DNA of 64,000 bases from a virus (taxonomy: Duplodnaviria; Heunggongvirae; Uroviricota; Caudoviricetes): IMG/VR virus record IMGVR_UViG_2526164662_000021, positions 1-64,000 of that record; one strand, 5' to 3'. Of this stretch, positions 1-8,000 are shown one piece after another. A program made the translations under genes and the position numbers. The notes beneath the pieces are model-generated. The model worked only from the letters and a program-made list of their open reading frames with translations. It ran no database searches and had not been told where the DNA came from. Numbering within the stretch: the first letter of the stretch is position 1; the number at the start of each line of letters is the position of its first letter.

Positions 1-28
1 AGTTCAATACCTTATCAGGTCAAATAGT

Positions 29-48
29 GATCACTTGATCATTTGATC
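29..48. promoter_or_regulatory. Cluster of three GATC (Dam) sites in the cre leader/promoter region
   Basis: GATC at 29-32, 37-40 and 45-48; P1 cre transcription is known to be Dam-sensitive. Confidence 0.5.
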
Positions 49-145
49 AAGGTTGCGCTACGTAAAATCTGCGAAATGTTGGCAGTGTTTGTGCTCCAGA
101 TTTCGCGTAGCGCACTTAGCACCACCAATCAATCAGAGGTGAAAA

Positions 146-367
146 ATGGGATATTCAGCTGCTAAAGTGTCCACTCATATTGAGCTTGAGAAAAACCGTG
201 GTTACTGGCGGGCAAAAGGGTTTGATCGTGATAGTTGTCAACTGTCATTATCGCGCGGTGAAGAGAAAATAGAACGCACGCGCGGTCGCTGGCGTTTCTA
301 TGACGAGAACCATAAACAGGTAAAGGCAGAGCCGATCCTGTACACTTTACTTAAAACCATTATCTGA
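146..367 (+). CDS. Hypothetical small protein (73 aa) in the cre leader
   Basis: ORF with AGAGGTG Shine-Dalgarno 5 nt before ATG; ends 8 nt before cre; no recognisable motif. Confidence 0.3.
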   Translation: MGYSAAKVSTHIELEKNRGYWRAKGFDRDSCQLSLSRGEEKIERTRGRWRFYDENHKQVKAEPILYTLLKTII

Positions 368-374
368 GTGTTAA

Positions 375-1406
375 ATGTCCAATTTACTGACCGTACACCA
401 AAATTTGCCTGCATTACCGGTCGATGCAACGAGTGATGAGGTTCGCAAGAACCTGATGGACATGTTCAGGGATCGCCAGGCGTTTTCTGAGCATACCTGG
501 AAAATGCTTCTGTCCGTTTGCCGGTCGTGGGCGGCATGGTGCAAGTTGAATAACCGGAAATGGTTTCCCGCAGAACCTGAAGATGTTCGCGATTATCTTC
601 TATATCTTCAGGCGCGCGGTCTGGCAGTAAAAACTATCCAGCAACATTTGGGCCAGCTAAACATGCTTCATCGTCGGTCCGGGCTGCCACGACCAAGTGA
701 CAGCAATGCTGTTTCACTGGTCATGCGGCGGATTCGAAAAGAAAACGTTGATGCCGGTGAACGTGCAAAACAGGCATTGGCGTTCGAACGCACTGATTTC
801 GACCAGGTTCGTTCACTCATGGAAAATAGCGATCGCTGCCAGGATATACGTAATCTGGCATTTCTGGGGATCGCTTATAACACCCTGTTACGTATAGCCG
901 AAATTGCCAGGATCAGGGTTAAAGATATCTCACGTACAGACGGTGGGAGAATGTTAATCCATATTGGCAGAACGAAAACGCTGGTTAGTACCGCGGGTGT
1001 AGAGAAGGCACTTAGCCTGGGGGTAACTAAACTGGTCGAGCGATGGATTTCTGTCTCTGGTGTGGCTGATGATCCGAATAACTACTTGTTTTGCCGTGTC
1101 AGAAAAAATGGCGTAGCTGCGCCATCTGCCACCAGCCAGCTATCAACTCGCGCCCTGGAAGGGATTTTTGAAGCAACTCATCGATTGATTTACGGCGCTA
1201 AGGATGACTCTGGTCAGAGATACCTGGCCTGGTCTGGACACAGTGCCCGTGTCGGAGCCGCGCGAGATATGGCCCGCGCCGGAGTTTCAATACCGGAGAT
1301 CATGCAAGCTGGTGGCTGGACCAACGTAAATATTGTCATGAACTATATCCGTAACCTGGATAGTGAAACAGGGGCAATGGTGCGCCTGCTGGAAGATGGC
1401 GATTAG
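375..1406 (+). CDS. cre: Cre tyrosine site-specific recombinase
   Basis: 343-aa translation recognised as P1 Cre (MSNLLTVHQNLPALPVD... LLEDGD). Confidence 0.97.
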   Translation: MSNLLTVHQNLPALPVDATSDEVRKNLMDMFRDRQAFSEHTWKMLLSVCRSWAAWCKLNNRKWFPAEPEDVRDYLLYLQARGLAVKTIQQHLGQLNMLHRRSGLPRPSDSNAVSLVMRRIRKENVDAGERAKQALAFERTDFDQVRSLMENSDRCQDIRNLAFLGIAYNTLLRIAEIARIRVKDISRTDGGRMLIHIGRTKTLVSTAGVEKALSLGVTKLVERWISVSGVADDPNNYLFCRVRKNGVAAPSATSQLSTRALEGIFEATHRLIYGAKDDSGQRYLAWSGHSARVGAARDMARAGVSIPEIMQAGGWTNVNIVMNYIRNLDSETGAMVRLLEDGD

Positions 1407-1423
1407 CCATTAACGCGTAAATG

Positions 1424-1440
1424 ATTGCTCTAATTCATTG
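1424..1440 (+). promoter_or_regulatory. C1 repressor operator-like site (ATTGCTCTAATTCATTG)
   Basis: Match to P1 C1 operator consensus ATTGCTCTAATAAATTT; 17 bp upstream of next ORF. Confidence 0.6.
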
Positions 1441-1456
1441 ATATTTATGGTGACAT

Positions 1457-1768
1457 ATGAGAAAGGATTTCAACATCGACGGAAAATATGTAGTGCTGTC
1501 TGTAAGCACTAATATTCAGTCGCCAGCCGTCATTGTCACTGTAAAGCTGAGCGATAGAATGCCTGATATTGACTCAATATCCGTTGCGTTCCCTGTCAAA
1601 AGTATGCGTGGTGCTGAACATTTCGTGATGAACGCCACCGAGGAAGAAGCACGGCGCGGTTTTGCTAAAGTGATGTCTGAGTTTGGCGAATTTTTGGGGT
1701 ACGTTGACAAAGTCCTCTCAATCAGTTCAGCAAGGTCCAAAGCGTTAACAGCTTCCATGATGAAATAA
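1457..1768 (+). CDS. cra: Hypothetical protein, position of P1 cra (cre-associated)
   Basis: 103-aa ORF directly downstream of cre, preceded by a C1 operator; assignment by synteny only. Confidence 0.5.
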   Translation: MRKDFNIDGKYVVLSVSTNIQSPAVIVTVKLSDRMPDIDSISVAFPVKSMRGAEHFVMNATEEEARRGFAKVMSEFGEFLGYVDKVLSISSARSKALTASMMK

Positions 1769-1773
1769 AAAAA

Positions 1774-1793
1774 AGCCTGGCAAGGAGCCAGGC
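1774..1793 (-). terminator. Hairpin with flanking A-run (terminator-like when read on minus strand)
   Basis: GCCTGGC-aagga-GCCAGGC stem preceded on plus strand by A8; no T-tract after it on plus strand. Confidence 0.35.
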
Positions 1794-1900
1794 TGCACAA
1801 AAGAGCGGGTTTGTATTCCGCATCCAATCAATCAAGAAGGAGTATAGCACACAGGTACTGAAGTGAAAAAATGTGATTCGCGATAAACAAAATATCTATC

Positions 1901-1917
1901 ATTGCTCTAATTGATTG
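1901..1917 (+). promoter_or_regulatory. C1 repressor operator-like site (ATTGCTCTAATTGATTG) upstream of ref
   Basis: Match to C1 operator consensus; P1 ref is known to be C1-controlled. Confidence 0.65.
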
Positions 1918-1984
1918 ATATAATTGAGCCGCAGTTTTTGTCAACTACGAAGACGTTGCCATTACTTCACTCCTTGACATCATT

Positions 1985-2010
1985 GGCGGCCATTAGGCCG
2001 CCTTTTTTTT
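1985..2010 (+). terminator. Intrinsic terminator/attenuator hairpin in the ref leader
   Basis: GGCGGCC-atta-GGCCGCC followed by T8; ends 6 nt before the ref ATG. Confidence 0.6.
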
Positions 2011-2015
2011 GCCAT

Positions 2016-2576
2016 ATGAAAACAATCGAACAAAAAATTGAACAGTGCCGCAAGTGGCAGAAGGCAGCCAGAGAACGGGCGATCGCTCGGCAACGGGAGA
2101 AGTTGGCTGATCCGGTCTGGCGAGAATCTCAATATCAGAAAATGCGGGATACTCTCGACCGCCGTATCGCTAAACAGAAAGAGCGCCCACCAGCCAGCAA
2201 AACGCGGAAAAGCGTGGTAAAAATAAAATCTCGTGGCTTGAAGGGGAGAACACCAACGGCGGAGGAACGGCGCGTCGCCAATGCTCTTGGCGCTCTCCCC
2301 TGCATTGCCTGCTATATGCATGGAGTAATATCTAATGAGGTGTCTCTGCACCATATCGCCGGTCGTACCGCGCCGGGTTGTCATAAAAAGCAATTGCCAC
2401 TTTGTAGATGGCACCACCAGCATGCAGCTCCGGCTGAAGTAAGAGAAAAATACCCATGGCTGGTCCCTGTTCATGCCGATGGTGTGGTTGGAGGCAAGAA
2501 AGAATTCACCTTGCTGAACAAGTCAGAGATGGAGTTACTGGCTGACGCCTATGAGATGGCAAACATCATGCACTAA
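2016..2576 (+). CDS. ref: Ref recombination-enhancement HNH endonuclease
   Basis: Translation from internal ATG (MKTIEQKIEQCRKWQ...) recognised as P1 Ref; Cys/His-rich HNH-like C-terminus (HHIAGRTAPGCHKK...CRWHH). Confidence 0.85.
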   Translation: MKTIEQKIEQCRKWQKAARERAIARQREKLADPVWRESQYQKMRDTLDRRIAKQKERPPASKTRKSVVKIKSRGLKGRTPTAEERRVANALGALPCIACYMHGVISNEVSLHHIAGRTAPGCHKKQLPLCRWHHQHAAPAEVREKYPWLVPVHADGVVGGKKEFTLLNKSEMELLADAYEMANIMH

Positions 2577-2764
2577 TAAATATATTATTTTTAATGATAA
2601 ATGATTGACAACTGACAAGTGACTTCAGTCAGAATCATCACACGCCCGGTACGGATGGATCCCTTTTCAAATATTCCATGGACGGCACAGTCTGAGTACC
2701 GGGCGCTACCTTCAGTTGTATTGCTAAGCCGCCGCTGGTGGCTTTTCTTTTTTGTAGGGGCGCT

Positions 2765-3406
2765 ATGGATAAGAAAATATGCGTTGTTTCAATGAGCGTC
2801 GGCAAACCGGCGTCAATGACTGCTGCATGGATCAACAATGAGCTGATAATGGCTGAGCGGACCAGCTACCCTGAACGCCGCCGCGATATGGAACTCCAGC
2901 TGCTGCGCGAATTGCGAGAAAAAGAGGAAAAGGGTTTTATCGTGCTGGTGGAAGAGGAAAACAGCTTTATTACCGGTCGAGTTGGCCAGCGTGTAAGGTT
3001 GCGTGATCCCTTCATGAACGGCAGACCGGTACTGATTGAAGCAATGCAGATTTACAAGGAATTGGAACGCCAGAAAGCGATCAAGTTACCGCGCAAGGAA
3101 TCCGGCAAATACATCCTTCACCAAAGCATCTTCGATTCCGAACACGATAAAAAAGGCGATGAATTTTTCAACATCAACTGGAGCGAAATAACGACAGAGC
3201 ATGTTCTGACGTTACTATGTTGCTTTGCGACGGAATACAACAACGTTGCCAGCGCCGACTACATCAGGGCAATGGCTGGAGAAGTTGAAGCCCGCCAGGA
3301 ACCATCGTTACTAAGTCCACTTATTAACATAATTCTGGGTACCCAGACACTGGAACAAAAAAAAGTGCCGAAAGGGGTATTAACAGGCAAGCATAATTAT
3401 TTCTAA
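2765..3406 (+). CDS. mat: Hypothetical protein, position of P1 mat (maturation control)
   Basis: Synteny after ref; start placed at first ATG (MDKKICVV), the longer ORF begins at a GTG; no motif recognised. Confidence 0.5.
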   Translation: MDKKICVVSMSVGKPASMTAAWINNELIMAERTSYPERRRDMELQLLRELREKEEKGFIVLVEEENSFITGRVGQRVRLRDPFMNGRPVLIEAMQIYKELERQKAIKLPRKESGKYILHQSIFDSEHDKKGDEFFNINWSEITTEHVLTLLCCFATEYNNVASADYIRAMAGEVEARQEPSLLSPLINIILGTQTLEQKKVPKGVLTGKHNYF

Positions 3407-3571
3407 TAATTTATAGTGGGGACTTTTGATGGTGTAAAACCCCATGAATTATTATTTTTTAGTTTTTTGATTCTATTTTTTTTGCATTACCCGTCATAAA
3501 AATGAGCTTGCTTACATAATAGAAAATTATTTTATCAACACTATTACAACAAACGATTATCACTGATAACA

Positions 3572-3597
3572 TGAGTCCTTTGAAAACAAAGGACTCA
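3572..3597 (+). promoter_or_regulatory. Perfect 11-bp stem hairpin covering the likely RBS of the GNAT gene
   Basis: TGAGTCCTTTG-aaaa-CAAAGGACTCA, ends 8 nt before the ATG at 3605. Confidence 0.5.
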
Positions 3598-3604
3598 CCA
3601 TACT

Positions 3605-4213
3605 ATGTCTAATACCTCGGCAAATGAAATTGTACCGCACTTACCGCTAATTTTCGAAAATGAAGCTAATGGGATTCTTCAGGATCTGGCCTATACTCCA
3701 TCGCTTATGGGGTTGATGATGTTCCCGACAGAAGAGGAGCTGAAAGCAGCGAGAAGCTACATAATTAACGTTTTTGAAGAGTGTTACCGAGCCGGTCATT
3801 TGCGCATTATGGGCTTTACTAATGAAGAAAACTTGTTCGGATACGCTTTAATCTTCGGACATCCATCGGGAAATTTTCCGTTGTACTGTCATAAAATATA
3901 TGTATATGAGCAATATCGTGGTAATGGACTTGGAAGTAATATACTGGCAGAAATACTTGCATTTCCAAATGAGGTCGCTTTGATTTGCCAGTCTGATTTG
4001 GTTCCTTTTTATGAATCAGCCGGAATGCACTTTAAAGGAAATTACACCACTCCATCAGTCGCCAATTTCAAAAAAACTCGCGGCATGTATGAGGGGCTTT
4101 GTTTGATGAGCACTGAAAAAAATGCAAACTCTAATGGTGTACCTATATTCATGCTGAACGATAACGATATTGATAACATCATACAGGCTATCGCATCATC
4201 GGCACCACGATAA
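3605..4213 (+). CDS. GNAT-family N-acetyltransferase (cargo gene in the slot where P1 has res/mod)
   Basis: 202 aa; GNAT motif A ...YVYEQYRGNGLGSNILAEIL...; AT-rich leader; no partner ORF. Confidence 0.75.
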   Translation: MSNTSANEIVPHLPLIFENEANGILQDLAYTPSLMGLMMFPTEEELKAARSYIINVFEECYRAGHLRIMGFTNEENLFGYALIFGHPSGNFPLYCHKIYVYEQYRGNGLGSNILAEILAFPNEVALICQSDLVPFYESAGMHFKGNYTTPSVANFKKTRGMYEGLCLMSTEKNANSNGVPIFMLNDNDIDNIIQAIASSAPR

Positions 4214-4295
4214 TATTAATAATTCATCTCGCCGCAGGAACTACAAACCAGTTGATTGTTTGTGAAACGCCCGGTGCAAACCGGGCCAACAAAAC

Positions 4296-4544
4296 TCAAT
4301 CAGCATTGAGAAGCAATGCATTATCTATGATGATCTGCTCCCATTCTTCGAATGCCCGGTCGCGGACGCCCTGGGGAACACTGTTTGTTTTGAAATCGAC
4401 GACTGTACGCCATTTCCCGTCCGGACGGTACATGCGCAGAGCTTTACTTCCCCCTTCCCTGCGCACCTCAACGTTATGCTTGTCAGCAAACTCTTGTAAT
4501 GCTCGTAGCGTCCCATGCTTTACTGTGTAGTATCGCTTTTTCAA
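4296..4544 (-). CDS. lxc: Lxc/Bof-like C1 co-repressor (82 aa)
   Basis: Size and position match P1 lxc (bof); 4-bp overlap with upstream ulx ORF. Confidence 0.6.
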   Translation of the reverse strand: MKKRYYTVKHGTLRALQEFADKHNVEVRREGGSKALRMYRPDGKWRTVVDFKTNSVPQGVRDRAFEEWEQIIIDNALLLNAD

Positions 4545-4981
4545 GTTTTCTCTCCAGCCTGTGCCAATGCTTCAACTTCCAAATCGTAAGACTCAAACTC
4601 ATAGTCCTGGTCGTCAACTTCTTCAGGCACTGGCAGTAAATGCCAGGCTGAGTATATCTGACCATTATCAAAACGCTCCTGGCTGTAGAGCGTCGCGGCT
4701 ATGAGTGTTAGCGCCGGGCGGTCATAACGGTAAATTTTGCGAACGTCACGGTCAACGAGACGACCGAAATTACCATAACCGCGCTCCAGTAATAATTTTT
4801 TAATTTCCGGCCAGTATGGACCATAGCTGCGGTACAGGCGGGGATTTTTCAGTAATCGCCCGCGTAGCCCTGACAGGAAGAAATCAACGTATTCGTCTTC
4901 TGTCTTTCCTAACAACGCTGTACGGAGTACCGCCTCAAGATATGTTTTATTCGGTTTTATTGTATCAGATAGTGTGGCCAT
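4541..4981 (-). CDS. ulx: Ulx-like protein (Dar anti-restriction accessory)
   Basis: 146-aa ORF between lxc and darB as in P1; synteny only. Confidence 0.55.
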   Translation of the reverse strand: MATLSDTIKPNKTYLEAVLRTALLGKTEDEYVDFFLSGLRGRLLKNPRLYRSYGPYWPEIKKLLLERGYGNFGRLVDRDVRKIYRYDRPALTLIAATLYSQERFDNGQIYSAWHLLPVPEEVDDQDYEFESYDLEVEALAQAGEKT

Positions 4982-5014
4982 ATTATGCGACGCCCGGCGA
5001 ACCGGGCGCTCCTG

Positions 5015-8000
5015 TTATGCGTATTGTTGGATGACGGCCAGAACGTCCGCCACGTTGTGTTTTGTCTCGATAATCCACCAGTTACCTGGGAAGTCGCTGT
5101 TCTTCGCCTTCGCTGGCAACCAGCGAGCGCCGAATTTCGCCTTGATTGCGTCTTTCGCACGGAAAAGAACCCCTTTCATGCCGGAGGCTTCCTGAAGCCC
5201 AAATACCTCGCCAGCGGCGAATTTTGGTGCGTACATCATCTTCAGGTCGGCGGTGGATACGCGATAATTCAGACCAAGAGACTGAGCTATGCTGGTGGCA
5301 TCACCCTGTATTGATGATAACTCTTCTTGTTTCTCGTTTCTGGCAGCAATTTCTTCCTCCGTGATGTTGCCAAGGGCCAGGTTTATCCGATCAGCGTCTG
5401 CCTGTTTCTCTTCATCGGTGCGCCCGGCAAGTACCGTGTTAATTCTGTGCAATATCTCCACATGATTCTTGCGCATGCTGAGCAATTCCGGCGTAACCTC
5501 GTTAAGGTCCACCAGCCCAAGGATGGCAAGGTCGGTAAACATTGATACCAGGTTGTAGGTCATGCGATAGCTGAGTTGCCCATAGGCTGATGGCAACTGC
5601 ACCGCATCCATTTTATAGGCATCCATAAATTTAGAGCCGTCGTTTACGACATCCGCAATTGCCGGTGTGATTTTTCCTGTGGTGGCGGCCTCCCTGATTG
5701 CTGTTACCCACGATTGAGTCAGCGCGGCGACTGCATGATTCAGATTGACTTTCCGTTCTGCTGCAATGCGCGCGCTTGCTGCGTCCATTGCCTGCTTGAT
5801 CTCGTCTTTATTGCTGTAAATGCCAATGGTGCCAAACTGTGCTGTGGTGATCTCATAATCTGACGCCCGGAACTCATTGGTACCGAAAATGGCATTGGTG
5901 ACTTCAAGTTCAGAATCCCCGTTACGAGTAGCCCCCTGGCTTGTTTTCTCCGGCATTCTGGCGATCGCATCCGCTATTTTCTCCTGAATTGCTTCAGGGG
6001 ATAGCGTATCTCCGTATGACGCGATTACATCGCCATAATTGGAGCCAAACAGTTCAACCAGGAATGCTTCTGCCGAACGGATCTGGCGGTTATTCCCTTC
6101 CGACATCATACCAAGCACCCATTTTGCAATTGACGACTTCAGCGCGCCGTCACGGCGATCCGGGTAAACCGCATGCTTCAGTGGGTCCGTATAGGTACCA
6201 ACAAAATCAATGCTATAGCCTGACTCTGTAGTCTGAACGCCGTATGAGTCAGTGATTTTGATCATGCCGCGCTGCTGGAAACGGTAGAAATCGTCACAGG
6301 AAACGATGTCGTTAATCCCGGCGATGGAGACGCCACCACTGATTTTCTGCATAACAGCATCTTCATCGGGAGTTACATCAACCTGTTTATCCAGCGTCTT
6401 CACATCCCAGTTACCAGATTTGGTGCCTTTGAAGGTGAAGATGATCTCCACGTCTGCGCGCTGGCTGTCGAAGTCCAGCGACTTAATGCGAACGATATCA
6501 CCGGCACAATCGTAGTATTGGCCTACACGCCATGAGCGATCGCCGATAACAAGGAACTCACTCGCATGGTTAACCAGGTCAGGATCAACATCCAGAATGC
6601 CTTTATTTAATGCATCCTCCACCAGCGGGCGCAGGCGTTTGATATCCGTCGCGGCCTTCTGAGTACGGTTCAATAATTTCTCATAGCGGGAGATGGCTTG
6701 AGAGATATTAGCCTTGCGCTGAATGGCGCTTTTCAACGACGCGCGATACTGTGCTAACAACATACGGTCTGTGTGATGGACACTCCCCCAGCGTGCCTTC
6801 CAGTCTGCGTTATCCGCTGCCTTGGCCATTGCCGCCTGTTTGAATTTAGCTACCTCGGCGGTGGTCTTTTCAAGTTCCGCTTTGCTTCGCTCTAATTCAG
6901 CGGTAAGCACCTCCACATCCTCACCAGCTGCGTGCTGCGCCTTGATGTAGTTCTGAAGGTCGATAGTAGCCTGTTCTTTCTGGCGAGCGCGTTGCGCGGC
7001 TTTCGCCTTATCCATTTGAACCTGCATCATTGCCAGACGTTCGCCATCATCCTTAGCGGTATACATCTGCATTTCGATCATATCGTTGGCGTCGGCGTTC
7101 TCCATTTCTGACTTATCTGAACGGAGGATATCGGAGATCCAGCCTGCTTTACGCTTCAGCGTCTTCAGTCGGTATTCATCGAAAGAACCCTTGCCGCAGT
7201 AGTAGTGAACGCGAACGCTTGCACGGTTGGAGCCAACTCGGGCACCGCGACCGTTTCGTTGCGCAATACTGGCTGGAGTCCATGGCAACGTCAGATGATG
7301 GATGTCAGTCGTTCCTCGATGCAGGTTGATACCCACCTCTGCCTTTTTGTTGCAGATGATGATCGGAGTCCGGCCCTCCTGGAAGTCGGCTGCAATCTTT
7401 TCCAGACCGCCCAACGACATTTCATTTTGCTGCGCGATATAGGCGTCATACAGAGCCATTTGCTCGTTGTATTTCGCTATCTGTGCATCTGTTGGTTCAT
7501 CCGGTAACTCTTTCGGCGGTTTAACCGCTTTCAGTTTCTTACCGGTTTTACCTGCCTCGGCAACCGTCTGAGCATTCAGTATCCCCACCTTTGAAGGTTC
7601 AAGGTTAAGAGCATTGCAGATAATGCGCTTGAGCTTCTGGTGCTGCGTTTTTTCATCGGTGAAGATGATTTGCTTACCTTCCGGGAAAAACTCCTTCAGC
7701 GTGGCAATCAGCTTCGCGTATTTGGGCGTAACGGGGTGAGTTACGGTCTGTTCGTCAATGCCAAACCTGGCCAGGCGCTTATTCACTTCCTGCTCGAACG
7801 CTTCCGGAACCTGCAACTGAATAAACTCGCCCTTATCTATCAGGGAGTATTGCGATTGCTGCGTGATTGAATCATCACTGTCGTCGTCTTCGCTGGTGGC
7901 TTGTTTAGGCAAACTGTCTGCCAGCTGCTGCACCGCATCGGCGTACTCCGGCAGGAAACGATAGGTGATCCGGCGATAGTACAGGTCCATGTCAGTACAT

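Noticed and set aside
1-400. Search for loxP (ATAACTTCGTATA inverted repeats) upstream of cre
   Set aside because: Not present in the window; loxP probably lies just beyond the 5' end, so it is not annotated
1516-1827. 103-aa minus-strand ORF
   Set aside because: Antisense to the cra-position ORF; the plus-strand ORF has the operator-promoter context
3605-4213. Calling the GNAT gene an aminoglycoside acetyltransferase resistance gene
   Set aside because: Only the generic GNAT motif is recognisable; no resemblance to AAC(6') or AAC(3) sequences I can recall, so an AMR call would be unsupported
4252-4530. 92-aa plus-strand ORF after the GNAT gene
   Set aside because: Almost entirely antisense to lxc (4296-4544); the lxc frame has the better synteny and operon context
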